This document shows, in pieces, positions 1 through 15,000 of a DNA stretch of 64,000 nucleotides. The translations under genes and the position numbers were made by a program. This DNA comes from Eledone cirrhosa (Eukaryota): positions 2,046,001-2,110,000 of the forward strand of contig OZ024751.1 in assembly GCA_964016885.1 (NCBI GenBank). Reading direction: 5' to 3'. A model generated the notes under the pieces. It saw nothing but the letters and a program-made list of their open reading frames with translations, did no database searches and was not told the origin of the DNA. Position 1 is the first letter of the stretch, and each line of letters begins with the position of its first letter.

Positions 1-3000
1 CTGTTGTTGGTGTTGGTGGTGTTACTGTTGTTGGTTTTGTTGGTGTTACTGTTGTTGGTGTTGTTGGTGTTACTGTTGTTGGTGTTGTTGGTGAATTTTT
101 GTTGGTGGTGTTGGCGTTACTGTTGTTGGTGTTGTTAGTGTTACTGTTGTTGGTGTTGTTGGTGTTACTGTTGTTGGTGTTGTTAGTGTTACTGTTGTTG
201 GTGTTGTTGGTGTTACTGCTGTTGGTGTTGTTGGTGTTACTGTTGTTGGTGTTGGTGGTGTTATTAGTGTTACTGTTGTTGGTGTTGGTGGTGTTACTGT
301 TGTTGGTGTTGTTGGTGTTGTTGTTGTTACTGTTGTTGGTGTTGTTGGTGTTACTGTTGTTGGTGTTGTTAGTATTAATGTTGTTGGTGTTGTTGGTTTT
401 ACTCTTGTTGGTGTTGGTGGTGTTACTGTTGTTGGTGTTGTTGATGTTACTTTTGTTGGTGTTGTTGGTGTTACTGTTGTTGGTATTGTTGGTGTTACTG
501 TTGTTGGTGTTGTTGGTGTTACTGTTGTTGGTGTTGTTGGTGTTACTATTGTTGGTGTTTTAGTATTACTGTTGTTGGTGTTGGTGGTGTTACTGTTGTT
601 GGTGTTGTTGGTGTTACTGTTGTTGGTGTTGTTAGTATTACTGTTGTTGATGTTGGTGGTGTTACTGTTGTTGGTGTTGTTGGTGTTACTGTTGTTGGTG
701 TTGTTACTGTTACTGTTGTTGGTGTTGTTGGTGTTACTGTTGTTGGTGTTGGTGGTGTTACTGTTGTTGGTGTTGTTGGTGTTAATGTTGTTGGTGTTGT
801 TTGTGTTACTGTTGTTGGTGTTGGTGGTGTTACTGTTGTTGGTGTTGTTGGTGTTACTGTTGTTGGTGTTGTTGGTGTAACTGCTGTTGTTGTTGTTGGT
901 GTTTCTGTTGTTGTTGGTGTTGGTGTTACTGTTGTTGGTGTTGTTAGTGTTACTGGTGTTGGTGTTGCTGGTGTTACTGTTGTTGGTGTTGTTAGTGTTA
1001 ATGTTGTTGGTGTTGTTTGTGTTACTGTTGTTGGTGTTGGTGGTGATACTGTTGTTGGTGTTGTTGGTGTTACTGTTGTTGGTGTTGTTGGTGTTACTGT
1101 TGTTGGTGTTGTTGGTGGTGTTGGTGTTACTGTTGTTGGTGTTGTTGGTGTTACTGTTGTTGGTGTTGGTGGTGTTACTGTTGTTGGTTTTGTTGGTGTT
1201 ACTGTTGTTGGTGTTGTTGGTGTTACTGTTGTTGGTGTTGTTGGTGTTACTGTTGTTGGTGGTGTTGGTGTTACTGTTGTTGGTGTTGTTAGTGTTACTG
1301 TTGTTGGTGTTGTTGGTGTTACTGTTGTTGGTGTTGTTAGTGTTACTGTTGTTGGTGTTGTTGGTGTTACTGTTGTTGGTGTTGTTTGTGTTACTGTTGT
1401 TGGTGTTGTTGGTGTTACTGTTGTTGTTGTTGTTAGTGTTACTGTTGTTGGTGTTGTTGGTGTTACTGTTGTTGGTGTTGTTTGTGTTACTGTTGTTACT
1501 GTTGTTGGTGTTACTGTTGTTGGTGTTGTTGGTGTTACTGCTTTGGTGTTGTTGGTGTTACTGTTGTTGGTGTTGTTGGTGTTACTGTTGTTGGTGTTGT
1601 TGGTGTTACTGTTGTTGGTGTTGTTGGTGTTACTGTTGTTGGTGTTGTTGGTGTTACTGTTGTTGGTGCTGTTTGTGTTACTGTTGTTGGTGTTGGTGGT
1701 GTTACTGTTGTTGGTGTTGTTGGTGTTACTGTTGTTGGTGTTGGTGGTGTTACTGTTGTTGGTGTTGTTGGTGTTACTGTTGTTGGTGTTGTTAGTGTTA
1801 CTGTTGTTGTTGTTGTTGGTGTTACTGTTGTTGTGGTAATTAGTGTTACTGTTGTTGGTGTTGGTGGTGTTACTGTTGTTGGTGTTGTTGGTGTTGGTAG
1901 AGTTACTGTTGTTGGTGTTGTTTGTGTTACTGTTGTTGGTGTTGGTGGTGTTACTGTTGTTGGTGTTGTTGGTGTTACTGTTGTTGGAGTTGTTGGTGTT
2001 ACTGTTGTTGGTGTTGTTAGTATTAATGTTGTTGGTGTTGTTGGTGTTACTCTTGTTGGTGTTGGTGGTGTTACTGTTGTTGGTGTTGTTGCTGTTACTG
2101 TTGTTGGTGTTGTTGGTGTTACTGTTGTTGGTATTGTTGGTGTTACTGTTGTTGGTGTTGTTGGTGTTACTGTTGTTGGTGTTGTTGGTGTTACTATTGT
2201 TGGTGTTGTTAGTATTACTGTTGTTGGTGTTGGTGGTGTTACTGTTGTTGGTGTTGTTGGTGTTACTGTTGTTGGTGTTGTTAGTATTACTGTTGTTGGT
2301 GTTGGTGGTGTTACTGTTGTTGGTGTTGTTGGTGTTACTGTTGTTGGTGTTGTTACTGTTACTGTTGTTGGTGTTGTTGGTGTTACTGTTGTTGGTGTTG
2401 GTGGTGTTGCTGTTGTTGGTGTTGTTGGTGTTAATGTTGTTGGTGTTGTTTGTGTTACTGTTGTTGGTGTTGGTGGTGTTACTGTTGTTGGTGTTGTTGG
2501 TGTTACTGTTGTTGGTGTTGTTGGTGTTACTGTTGTCGTTGTTGTTGGTGTTTCTGTTGTTGTTGTTGTTGGTGTTACTGTTGTTGGTGTTGTTAGTGTT
2601 ACTGTTGTTGGTGTTGTTGGTGTTACTGTTGTTGGTGTTGTTAGTGTTAATGTTGTTGGTGTTGTTTGTGTTACTGTTGTTGGTGTTGGTGGTGATACTG
2701 TTGTTGGTGTTGCTGGTGTTACTGTTGTTGTTGGTGTTACTGTTGTTGGTGTTGTTGGTGTTACTGTTGTTGGTGGTGTTGGTGTTACTGTTGTTGGTGT
2801 TGTTGGTGTTACTGTTGTTGGTGTTGGTGGTGTTACTGTTGTTGGTTTTGTTGGTGTTACTGTTGTTGGTGTTGTTGGTGTTACTGTTGTTGGTGTTGTT
2901 GGTGAATTTTTGTTGGTGGTGTTGGCGTTACTGTTGTTGGTGTTGTTAGTGTTACTGTTGTTGGTGTTGTTGGTGTTACTGTTGTTGGTGTTGTTAGTGT

Positions 3001-6000
3001 TACTGTTGTTGGTGTTGTTGGTGTTACTGCTGTTGGTGTTGTTGGTGTTACTGTTGTTGGTGTTGGTGGTGTTATTAGTGTTACTGTTGTTGGTGTTGGT
3101 GGTGTTACTGTTGTTGGTGTTGTTGGTGTTGGTGGTGTTACTTTTGTTGGTGTTGTTGGTTTTACTGTTGTTGGTGTTGTTGGTGTTACTGTTGTTGGTG
3201 TTGTTAGTATTAATGTTGTTGGTGTTGTTGGTTTTACTCTTGTTGGTGTTGGTGGTGTTACTGTTGTTGGTGTTGTTGATGTTACTTTTGTTGGTGTTGT
3301 TGGTGTTACTGTTGTTGGTATTGTTGGTGTTACTGTTGTTGGTGTTGTTGGTGTTACTGTTGTTGATGTTGTTGGTGTTACTATTGTTGGTGTTGTTAGT
3401 ATTACTGTTGTTGGTGTTGGTGGTGTTACTGTTGTTGGTGTTGTTGGTGTTACTGTTGTTGGTGTTGTTAGTATTACTGATGTTGGTGTTGGTGGTGTTA
3501 CTGTTGTTGGTGTTGTTGGTGTTACTGTTGTTGGTGTTGTTACTGTTACTGTTGTTGGTGTTGTTGGTGTTACTGTTGTTGGTGTTGGTGGTGTTACTGT
3601 TGTTGGTGTTGTTGGTGTTAATGTTGTTGGTGTTGTTTGTGTTACTGTTGTTGGTGTTGGTGGTGTTACTGTTGTTGTTGTTGTTGGTGTTACTGTTGTT
3701 GGTGTTGTTGGTGTTACTGCTGTTGTTGTTGTTGGTGTTTCTGTTGTTGTTGGTGTTGGTGTTACTGTTGTTGGTGTTGTTAGTGTTACTGGTGTTGGTG
3801 TTGCTGGTGTTACTGTTGTTGGTGTTGTTAGTGTTAATGTTGTTGGTGTTGTTTGTGTTACTGTTGTTGGTGTTGGTGGTGATACTGTTGTTGGTGTTGT
3901 TGGTGTTACTGTTGTTGGTGTTGTTGGTGTTACTGTTGTTGGTGTTGTTGGTGGTGTTGGTGTTACTGTTGTTGGTGTTGTTGGTGTTACTGTTGTTGGT
4001 GTTGGTGGTGTTACTGTTGTTGGTTTTGTTGGTGTTACTGTTGTTGGTGTTGTTGGTGTTACTGTTGTTGGTGTTGTTGGTGTTACTGTTGTTGGTGGTG
4101 TTGGTGTTACTGTTGTTGGTGTTGTTAGTGTTACTGTTGTTGGTGTTGTTGGTGTTACTGTTGTTGGTGTTGTTAGTGTTACTGTTGTTGGTGTTGTTGG
4201 TGTTACTGTTGTTGGTGTTGTTTGTGTTACTGTTGTTGGTGTTGTTGGTGTTACTGTTGTTGGTGCTGTTTGTGTTACTGTTGTTGTTGTTGGTGGTGTT
4301 ACTGTTGTTGGTGTTGTTGGTGTTACTGTTGTTGGTGTTGGTGGTGTTACTGTTGTTGGTGTTGTTAGTGTTACTGTTGTTGTTGTTGTTGGTGTTACTG
4401 TTGTTGTGGTAATTAGTGTTACTGTTGTTGGTGTTGGTGGTGTTACTGTTGTTGGTGTTGTTGGTGTTACTGTTGTTGGTGTTGTTGGTGTTACTGTTGT
4501 TGGTGTTATTAGTGTTACTGTTGTTGGTGTTGTTGGTGTTACTGTTGTTGGTGTTGTTGGTGTTACTGTTGTTGGTGTTGGTGTTACTGTTGTTAGTGTT
4601 GGTGTTACTGCTGTTGGTGTTACTGTTGTTGGTGTTGGTGGTGCTACTGTTGTTGGTGTTGTTGGTGTTACTGTTGTTGGTGTTGTTAGTGTTACTGTTG
4701 TTGGTGTTGTTGGTGTTACTCTTGTTGGTGTTGTTGGTGGTGTTGGTGTTACTGTTGTTGGTGTTGTTGGTGTTACTGTTGTTGGTGTTGGTGGTGTTAC
4801 TGTTGTTGGTTTTGTTGGTGTTACTGTTGTTGGTGTTGTTGGTGTTACTGTTGTTGGTGTTGTTGGTGTTACTGTTGTTGGTGGTGTTGGTGTTACTGTT
4901 GTTGGTGTTGTTAGTGTTACTGTTGTTGGTGTTGTTGGTGTTACTGTTGTTGGTGTTGTTAGTGTTACTGTTGTTGGTGTTGTTGGTGTTACTGTTGTTG
5001 GTGTTGTTTGTGTTACTGTTGTTGGTGTTGTTGGTGTTACTGTTGTTGGTGCTGTTTGTGTTACTGTTGTTGTTGTTGGTGGTGTTACTGTTGTTGGTGT
5101 TGTTGGTGTTACTGTTGTTGGTGTTGGTGGTGTTACTGTTGTTGGTGTTGTTAGTGTTACTGTTGTTGTTGTTGTTGGTGTTACTGTTGTTGTGGTAATT
5201 AGTGTTACTGTTGTTGGTGTTGGTGGTGTTACTGTTGTTGGTGTTGTTGGTGTTACTGTTGTTGGTGTTGTTGGTGTTACTGTTGTTGGTGTTATTAGTG
5301 TTACTGTTGTTGGTGTTGTTGGTGTTACTGTTGTTGGTGTTGTTGGTGTTACTGTTGTTGGTGTTGGTGTTACTGTTGTTAGTGTTGGTGTTACTGCTGT
5401 TGGTGTTACTGTTGTTGGTGTTGGTGGTGCTACTGTTGTTGGTGTTGTTGGTGTTACTGTTGTTGGTGTTGTTAGTGTTACTGTTGTTGGTGTTGTTGGT
5501 GTTACTGTTGTTGGTGTTATTAGTGTTACTGTTGTTGGTGTTGGTGTTGTTACTGTTGTTGATGTTGTTGGTGTTACTGTTGTTGGTGTTCTTGGTGTTA
5601 CTGTTGTTGGTGTTGTTAGTGTTACTGTTGTTGGTGTTGGTGGTGTTAGTGTTGTTGGTGTTCTTGGTGTTACTGTTGTTGGTGTTGGTGGTGTTACTGT
5701 TGTTGGTGTTGTCGGTGTTACTGTTGTTGGTGTTGATGGTGTTACTGTTGTTGGTGTTATTAGTGTTACTGTTGTTGGTGTTGGTGGTGTTACTGTTGTT
5801 GATGTTATTGGTGTTACTGTTGTTGGTGTTGTTAGTGTTACTGTTGTTGGTGTTGGTGGTGTTACTGTTGTTGGTGTTATTGGTGTTACTGTTGTTGGTG
5901 TTGTTAGTGTTACTGTTGTTGGTGTTGGTGTTACTGTTGTTGGTGTTGGTGGTGTTACTGTTGTTTGTGTTATTGGTGTTACTGTTGTTGGTGCTGTTAG

Positions 6001-9000
6001 TGTTACTGTTGTTTGTGTTGGTGTTACTGTTGTTGGTGTTGGTGGTGTTACTGTTGTTGGTGTTGTTGGTGTTACTGTTGTTGGTGTTGGTATTACTGTT
6101 GTTGGTGTTGGTGGTGTTACTGTTGTTGGTGTTGTTGGTGTTACTGTTGTTGGTGTTGGTGTTACTGTTGTTGGTGTTGTTGGTCATACTGTTGTTGGTG
6201 TTGTTGGTGTTACTGTTGTTGGTGTTGTTGGTGTTACTGTTGTTGGTGTTGTTAGTGTTACTGTTGTTGGTGTTGTTGGTGTTACTGTTGTTGGTGTTGT
6301 TGGTGTTACTGTTGTTGGTGTTGGTGGTGTTACTGTTGTTGGTTTTGTTGGTGTTACTGTTGTTGGTGTTGTTGGTGTTACTGTTGTTGGTGTTGTTGGT
6401 GTTACTGTTGTTGGTGGTGTTGGTGTTACTGTTGTTGGTGTTGTTAGTGTTACTGTTGTTGGTGTTGTTGGTGTTACTGTTGTTGGTGTTGTTAGTGTTA
6501 CTGTTGTTGGTGTTGTTGGTGTTACTGTTGTTGGTGTTGTTTGTGTTACTGTTGTTTGTGTTGTTGGTGTTACTGTTGTTGGTGCTGTTTGTGTTACTGT
6601 TGTTGGTGTTGGTGGTGTTACTGTTGTTGGTGTTGTTGGTGTTACTGTTGTTGGTGTTGGTGGTGTTACTGTTGTGGGTGTTGTTGGTGTTACTGTTGTT
6701 GGTGTTGTTAGTGTTACTGTTGTTGTTGTTGTTGGTGTTACTGTTGTTGTGGTAATTAGTGTTACTGTTGTTGGTGTTGGTGGTGTTACTGTTGTTGGTG
6801 TTGTTGGTGTTACTGTTGTTGGTGTTGTTGGTGTTACTGTTGTTGGTGTTATTAGTGTTACTGTTGTTGGTGTTGTTGGTGTTACTGTTGTTGGTGTTGT
6901 TGGTGTTACTGTTGTTGGTGTTGATGTTACTGTTGTTAGTGTTGGTGTTACTGCTGTTGGTGTTACTGTTGTTGGTGTTGGTGGTGCTACTGTTGTTGGT
7001 GTTGTTGGTGTTACTGTTGTTGGTGTTGTTAGTGTTACTGTTGTTGGTGTTGTTGGTGTTACTGTTGTTGGTGTTATTAGTGTTACTGTTGTTGGTGTTG
7101 GTGGTGTTACTGTTGTTGATGTTGTTGGTGTTACTGTTGTTGGTGTTCTTGGTGTTACTGTTGTTGGTGTTGTTAGTGTTACTGTTGTTGGTGTTGGTGG
7201 TGTTAGTGTTGTTGGTGTTTTTGGTGTTACTGTTGTTGGTGTTGGTGGTGTTACTGTTGTTGGTGTTGTCGGTGTTACTGTTGTTGGTGTTGATGGTGTT
7301 ACTGTTGTTGGTGTTATTAGTGTTACTGTTGTTGGTGTTGGTGGTGTTACTGTTGTTGGTGTTATTGGTGTTACTGTTGTTGGTGTTGTTAGTGTTACTG
7401 TTGTTGGTGTTGGTGGTGTTACTGTTGTTGGTGTTATTGGTGTTACTGTTGTTGGTGTTGTTAGTGTTACTGTTGTTGGTGTTGGTGTTACTGTTGTTGG
7501 TGTTGGTGGTGTTACTGTTGTTTGTGTTATTGGTGTTACTGTTGTTGGTGCTGTTAGTGTTACTGTTGTTTGTGTTGGTGTTACTGTTGTTGGTGTTGGT
7601 GGTGTTACTGTTGTTGGTGTTGTTGGTGTTACTGTTGTTGGTGTTGGTATTACTGTTGTTGGTGTTGGTGGTGTTACTGTTGTTGGTGTTGTTGGTGTTA
7701 CTGTTGTTGGTGTTGGTGTTACTGTTGTTGGTGTTGTTGGTCATACTGTTGTTGGTGTTGTTGGTGTTACTGTTGTTGGTGTTGTTGGTGTTACTGTTGT
7801 TGGTGTTGTTAGTGTTACTGTTGTTGGTGTTGTTGGTGTTACTGTTGTTGGTGTTGTTGTTGTTACTGTTGTTGGTGTTGTTGGTGTTACTTTTGTTGGT
7901 GGTGTTGGTGTTACTGTTGTTGGTGTTGTTAGTGTTACTGTTGTTGGTGTTGTTGGTGTTACTGTTGTTGGTGTTGTTGGTGTTACTGTTGTTGGTGTTG
8001 TTGGTGTTACTGTTGTTGATGTTGTTAGTGTTACTGTTGTTGGTGTTGGTGGTGTTAGTGTTGTTGGTGTTCTTGGTGTTACTGTTGTTGGTGTTGGTGG
8101 TGTTACTGTTGTTGGTGTTGTCGGTGTTACTGTTGTTGGTGTTGATGGTGTTACTGTTGTTGGTGTTATTAGTGTTACTGTTGTTGGTGTTGGTGGTGTT
8201 ACTGTTGTTGGTGTTATTGGTGTTACTGTTGTTGGTGTTGTTAGTGTTACTGTTGTTGGTGTTGGTGGTGTTACTGTTGTTGGTGTTATTGGTGTTACTG
8301 TTGTTGGTGTTGTTAGTGTTACTGTTGTTGGTGTTGGTGTTACTGTTGTTGGTGTTGGTGGTGTTACTGTTGTTTGTGTTATTGGTGTTACTGTTGTTGG
8401 TGCTGTTAGTGTTACTGTTGTTTGTGTTGGTGTTACTGTTGTTGGTGTTGGTGGTGTTACTGTTGTTGGTGTTGTTGGTGTTACTGTTGTTGGTGTTGGT
8501 ATTACTGTTGTTGGTGTTGGTGGTGTTACTGTTGTTGGTGTTGTTGGTGTTACTGTTGTTGGTGTTGGTGTTACTGTTGTTGGTGTTGTTGGTCATACTG
8601 TTGTTGGTGTTGTTGGTGTTACTGTTGTTGGTGTTGTTGGTGTTACTGTTGTTGGTGTTGTTAGTGTTACTGTTGTTGGTGTTGTTGGTGTTACTGTTGT
8701 TGGTGTTGTTGTTGTTACTGTTGTTGGTGTTGTTGGTGTTACTTTTGTTGGTGGTGTTGGTGTTACTGTTGTTGGTGTTGTTAGTGTTACTGTTGTTGGT
8801 GTTGTTGGTGTTACTGTTGTTGGTGTTGTTGGTGTTACTGTTGTTGGTGTTGTTGGTGTTACTGTTGTTGATGTTATTAGTGTTACTGTTGTTGGTGTTG
8901 GTGGTGTTACTGTTGTTGGTGTTGTTGGTGTTACTGTTATTGCTGTTACTGTTGTTGGTGTTGGTGCTGTGACTGTTGTTGGTGTTGTTGGTGTTACTGT

Positions 9001-12000
9001 TGTTGGTGTTGTTAGTGTTACTGTTGTTGGTGTTGTTAGTGTTACTGTTGTTGGTGTTGTTGGTGTTACTGTTGTTGCTGTTGTTAGTGTTACTGTTGTT
9101 GGTGTTGTTGGTGTTACTGTTGTTGGTGTTACTGTTGTTGGTGTTGTCGGTGTTACTGTTGTTGGTGTTGTTGGTGTCACTGCTGTTGGTGTTGTTGGTG
9201 TTACTGTTGTTGGTGTTGGTGGTGTTATTAGTGTTACTGTTGTTGGTGTTGGTGGTGTTACTGTTGTTGGTGTTGTTGGTGTTGGTGGAGTTACTGTTGT
9301 TGGTGTTGTTTGTGTTACTGTTGTTGGTGTTGGTGGTGTTACTGTTGTTGGTGTTGTTGGTGTTACTGTTGTTGGAGTTGTTGGTGTTACTGTTGTTGGT
9401 GTTGTTAGTATTAATGTTGTTGGTGTTGTTGGTGTTACTCTTGTTGGTGTTGGTGGTGTTACTGTTGTTGGTGTTGTTGCTGTTACTGTTGTTGGTGTTG
9501 TTGGTGTTACTGTTGTTGGTATTGTTGGTGTTACTGTTGTTGGTGTTGTTGGTGTTACTGTTGTTGGTGTTGTTGGTGTTACTATTGTTGGTGTTGTTAG
9601 TATTACTGTTGTTGGTGTTGGTGGTGTTACTGTTGTTGGTGTTGTTGGTGTTACTGTTGTTGGTGTTGTTAGTATTACTGTTGTTGGTGTTGGTGGTGTT
9701 ACTGTTGTTGGTGTTGTTGGTGTTACTGTTGTTGGTGTTGTTACTGTTACTGTTGTTGGTGTTGTTGGTGTTACTGTTGTTGGTGTTGGTGGTGTTGCTG
9801 TTGTTGGTGTTGTTGGTGTTAATGTTGTTGGTGTTGTTTGTGTTACTGTTGTTGGTGTTGGTGGTGTTACTGTTGTTGGTGTTGTTGGTGTTACTGTTGT
9901 TGGTGTTGTTGGTGTTACTGTTGTCGTTGTTGTTGGTGTTTCTGTTGTTGTTGTTGTTGGTGTTACTGTTGTTGGTGTTGTTAGTGTTACTGTTGTTGGT
10001 GTTGTTGGTGTTACTGTTGTTGGTGTTGTTAGTGTTAATGTTGTTGGTGTTGTTTGTGTTACTGTTGTTGGTGTTGGTGGTGATACTGTTGTTGGTGTTG
10101 CTGGTGTTACTGTTGTTGTTGGTGTTACTGTTGTTGGTGTTGTTGGTGTTACTGTTGTTGGTGGTGTTGGTGTTACTGTTGTTGGTGTTGTTGGTGTTAC
10201 TGTTGTTGGTGTTGGTGTTGTTACTGTTGTTGGTTTTGTTGGTGTTACTGTTGTTGGTGTTGTTGGTGTTACTGTTGTTGGTGTTGTTGGTGAATTTTTG
10301 TTGGTGGTGTTGGCGTTACTGTTGTTGGTGTTGTTAGTGTTACTGTTGTTGGTGTTGTTGGTGTTACTGTTGTTGGTGTTGTTAGTGTTACTGTTGTTGG
10401 TGTTGTTGGTGTTACTGCTGTTGGTGTTGTTGGTGTTACTGTTGTTGGTGTTGGTGGTGTTATTAGTGTTACTGTTGTTGGTGTTGGTGGTGTTACTGTT
10501 GTTGGTGTTGTTGGTGTTGGTGGTGTTACTGTTGTTGGTGTTGTTTGTGTTACTGTTGTTGGTGTTGGTGGTGTTACTGTTGTTGGTGTTGTTGGTGTTA
10601 CTGTTGTTGGTGTTGTTGGTGTTACTGTTGTTGGTGTTGTTAGTATTAATGTTGTTGGTGTTGTTGGTTTTACTCTTGTTGGTGTTGGTGGTGTTACTGT
10701 TGTTGGTGTTGTTGATGTTACTTTTGTTGGTGTTGTTGGTGTTACTGTTGTTGGTATTGTTGGTGTTACTGTTGTTGGTGTTGTTGGTGTTACTGTTGTT
10801 GGTGTTGTTGGTGTTACTATTGTTGGTGTTGTTAGTATTACTGTTGTTGGTGTTGGTGGTGTTACTGTTGTTGGTGTTGTTGGTGTTACTGTTGTTGGTG
10901 TTGTTAGTATTACTGTTGTTGGTGTTGGTGGTGTTACTGTTGTTGGTGTTGTTGGTGTTACTGTTGTTGGTGTTGTTACTGTTACTGTTGTTGGTGTTGT
11001 TGATGTTACTGTTGTTGGTGTTGGTGGTGTTACTGTTGTTGGTGTTGTTGGTGTTAATGTTGTTGGTGTTGTTTGTGTTACTGTTGTTGGTGTTGGTGGT
11101 GTTACTGTTGTTGGTGTTGTTGGTGTTACTGTTGTTGGTGTTGTTGGTGTTACTGCTGTTGTTGTTGTTGGTGTTTCTGTTGTTGTTGGTGTTGGTGTTA
11201 CTGTTGTTGGTGTTGTTAGTGTTACTGGTGTTGGTGTTGCTGGTGTTACTGTTGTTGGTGTTGTTAGTGTTAATGTTGTTGGTGTTGTTTGTGTTACTGT
11301 TGTTGGTGTTGGTGGTGATACTGTTGTTGGTGTTGTTGGTGTTACTGTTGTTGGTGTTGTTGGTGTTACTGTTGTTGGTGTTGTTGGTGGTTTTGGTGTT
11401 ACTGTTGTTGGTGTTGTTGGTGTTACTGTTGTTGGTGTTGGTGGTGTTACTGTTGTTGGTTTTGTTGGTGTTACTGTTGTTGGTGTTGTTGGTGTTACTG
11501 TTGTTGGTGTTGTTGGTGTTACTGTTGTTGGTGGTGTTGGTGTTACTGTTGTTGGTGTTGTTAGTGTTACTGTTGTTGGTGTTGTTGGTGTTACTGTTGT
11601 TGGTGTTGTTAGTGTTACTGTTGTTGGTGTTGTTGGTGTTACTGTTGTTGGTGTTGTTTGTGTTACTGTTGTTGGTGTTGTTGGTGTTACTGTTGTTGTT
11701 GTTGTTAGTGTTACTGTTGTTGGTGTTGTTGGTGTTACTGTTGTTGGTGTTGTTTGTGTTACTGTTGTTACTGTTGTTGGTGTTACTGTTGTTGGTGTTG
11801 TTGGTGTTACTGCTTTGGTGTTGTTGGTGTTACTGTTGTTGGTGTTGTTGGTGTTACTGTTGTTGGTGTTGTTGGTGTTACTGTTGTTGGTGTTGTTGGT
11901 GTTACTGTTGTTGGTGTTGTTGGTGTTACTGTTGTTGGTGCTGTTTGTGTTACTGTTGTTGGTGTTGGTGGTGTTACTGTTGTTGGTGTTGTTGGTGTTA

Positions 12001-15000
12001 CTGTTGTTGGTGTTGGTGGTGTTACTGTTGTTGGTGTTGTTGGTGTTACTGTTGTTGGTGTTGTTAGTGTTACTGTTGTTGTTGTTGTTGGTGTTACTGT
12101 TGTTGTGGTAATTAGTGTTACTGTTGTTGGTGTTGGTGGTGTTACTGTTGTTGGTGTTGTTGGTGTTACTGTTGTTGGTGTTGTTGGTGTTACTGTTGTT
12201 GGTGTTATTAGTGTTACTGTTGTTGGTGTTGTTGGTGTTACTGTTGTTGGTGTTGTTGGTGTTACTGTTGTTGGTGTTGGTGTTACTGTTGTTAGTGTTG
12301 GTGTTACTGCTGTTGGTGTTACTGTTGTTGGTGTTGGTGGTGCTACTGTTGTTGGTGTTGTTGGTGTTACTGTTGTTGGTGTTGTTAGTGTTACTGTTGT
12401 TGGTGTTGTTGGTGTTACTGTTGTTGGTGTTATTAGTGTTACTGTTGTTGGTGTTGGTGGTGTTACTGTTGTTGATGTTGTTGGTGTTACTGTTGTTGGT
12501 GTTCTTGGTGTTACTGTTGTTGGTGTTGTTAGTGTTACTGTTGTTGGTGTTGGTGGTGTTAGTGTTGTTGGTGTTCTTGGTGTTACTGTTGTTGGTGTTG
12601 GTGGTGTTACTGTTGTTGGTGTGTCGGTGTTACTGTTGTTGGTGTTGATGGTGTTACTGTTGTTGGTGTTATTAGTGTTACTGTTGTTGGTGTTGGTGGT
12701 GTTACTGTTGTTGGTGTTATTGGTGTTACTGTTGTTGGTGTTGTTAGTGTTACAGTTGTTGGTGTTGGTGGTGTTACTGTTGTTGGTGTTATTGGTGTTA
12801 CTGTTGTTGGTGTTGTTAGTGTTACTGTTGTTGGTGTTGGTGTTACTGTTGTTGGTGTTGGTGGTGTTACTGTTGTTTGTGTTATTGGTGTTACTGTTGT
12901 TGGTGCTGTTAGTGTTACTGGTGTTTGTGTTGGTGTTACTGTTGTTGGTGTTGGTGGTGTTACTGTTGTTGGTGTTGTTGGTGTTACTGTTGTTGGTGTT
13001 GGTATTACTGTTGTTGGTGTTGGTGGTGTTACTGTTGTTGGTGTTGTTGGTGTTACTGTTGTTGGTGTTGTTGGTGTTACTGTTGTTGGTGTTGTTGGTT
13101 ATACTGTTGTTGGTGTTGTTGGTGTTACTGTTGTTGGTGTTGTTGGTGTTACTGTTGTTGGTGTTGTTAGTGTTACTGTTGTTGGTGTTGTTGGTGTTAC
13201 TGTTGCTGGTGTTGTTGTTGTTACTGTTGTTGGTGTTGTTGGTGTTACTTTTGTTGGTGGTGTTGGTGTTACTGTTGTTGGTGTTGTTAGTGTTACTGTT
13301 GTTGGTGTTGTTGGTGTTACTGTTGTTGGTGTTGTTGGTGTTACTGTTGTTGGTGTTGTTGGTGTTACTGTTGTTGATGTTATTAGTGTTACTGTTGTTG
13401 GTGTTGGTGGTGTTACTGTTGTTGGTGTTGTTGGTGTTACTGTTATTGCTGTTACTGTTGTTGGTGTTGGTGCTGTGACTGTTGTTGGTGTTGTTGGTGT
13501 TACTGTTGTTGGTGTTGTTAGTGTTACTGTTGTTGGTGTTGTTAGTGTTACTGTTGTTGGTGTTGTTGGTGTTACTGTTGTTGCTGTTGTTAGTGTTACT
13601 GTTGTTGGTGTTGTTATTGTTACTGTTGTTGGTGTTGCTGGTGTTACTGTTGTTGGTGTTGTTGGTGTTACTGTTGTTGGTGTTGTTGGTATTACTGTTG
13701 TTGGTGTTGTTAGCGTTACTGTTGTTGGTGTTGTTAGTGTTACTGTTGTTGGTGCTGTTGGTGTTACTGTTTTTGGTGTTGTTGGTGTTACTATTGTTGG
13801 TGTTATCAGTGTTACTGTTGTTGGTGTTGTTATTGTTACTGTTGTTGGTGTTGTTGGTGTTACTGTTGTTGGTGTTGTTGGTGTTACTGTTGTTGGTGTT
13901 GTTAGTGTTACTGTTGTTGGTGTTGTTGGTGTTACTGTTGTTGGTGTTGTTGGTGTTACTGTTGTTGGTGTTGTTGGTGTTAATGTTGTTGGTGTTGGTG
14001 GTGTTACTGTTGTTGGTGTTCTTGGTGTTACTGTTGTTGGTGTTATTAGTGTTACTGTTGTTGGTTTTGGTGGTGTTACTGTTGTTGGTGTTGATGGTGT
14101 TACTGTTGTTGGTGTTGTTGGTGTTACTGCTGTTGGTGTTGTTAGTGTTACTGTTATTGTTGTTGTTGGTGTTACTGTTGTTGGTGTTACTGTTGTTGGT
14201 GTTGTCGGTGTTACTGTTGTTGGTGTTGTTGGTGTTACTGCTGTTGGTGTTGTTGGTGTTACTGTTGTTGGTGTTGGTGGTGTTATTAGTGTTACTGTTG
14301 TTGGTGTTGGTGGTGTTACTGTTGTTGGTGTTGTTGGTGTTGGTGGAGTTACTGTTGTTGGTGTTGTTTGTGTTACTGTTGTTGGTGTTGGTGGTGTTAC
14401 TGTTGTTGGTGTTGTTGGTGTTACTGTTGTTGGTGTTGTTAGTATTAATGTTGTTGGTGTTGTTGGTGTTACTCTTGTTGGTGTTGGTGGTGTTACTGTT
14501 GTTGGTGTTGTTGCTGTTACTGTTGTTGGTGTTGTTGGTGTTACTGTTGTTGGTATAGTTGGTGTTACTGTTGTTGGTGTTGTTGGTGTTACTGTTGTTG
14601 GTGTTGTTGGTGTTACTATTGTTGGTGTTGTTAGTATTACTGTTGTTGGTGTTGGTGGTGTTACTGTTGTTGGTGTTGTTGGTGTTACTGTTGTTGGTGT
14701 TGTTAGTATTACTGTTTTTGGTGTTGGTGGTGTTACTGTTGTTGGTGTTGTTGGTGTTACTGTTGTTGGTGTTGTTACTGTTAATGTTGTTGGTGTTGTT
14801 GGTGTTACTGTTGTTGGTGTTGGTGGTGTTGCTGTTGTTGGTGTTGTTGGTGTTAATGTTGTTGGTGTTGTTTGTGTTACTGTTGTTGGTGTTGGTGGTG
14901 TTACTGTTGTTGGTGTTGTTGGTGTTACTGTTGTTGGTGTTGTTGATGTTACTGTTGTTGTTGTTGTTGGTGTTTCTGTTGTTGTTGGTGTTGGTGTTAC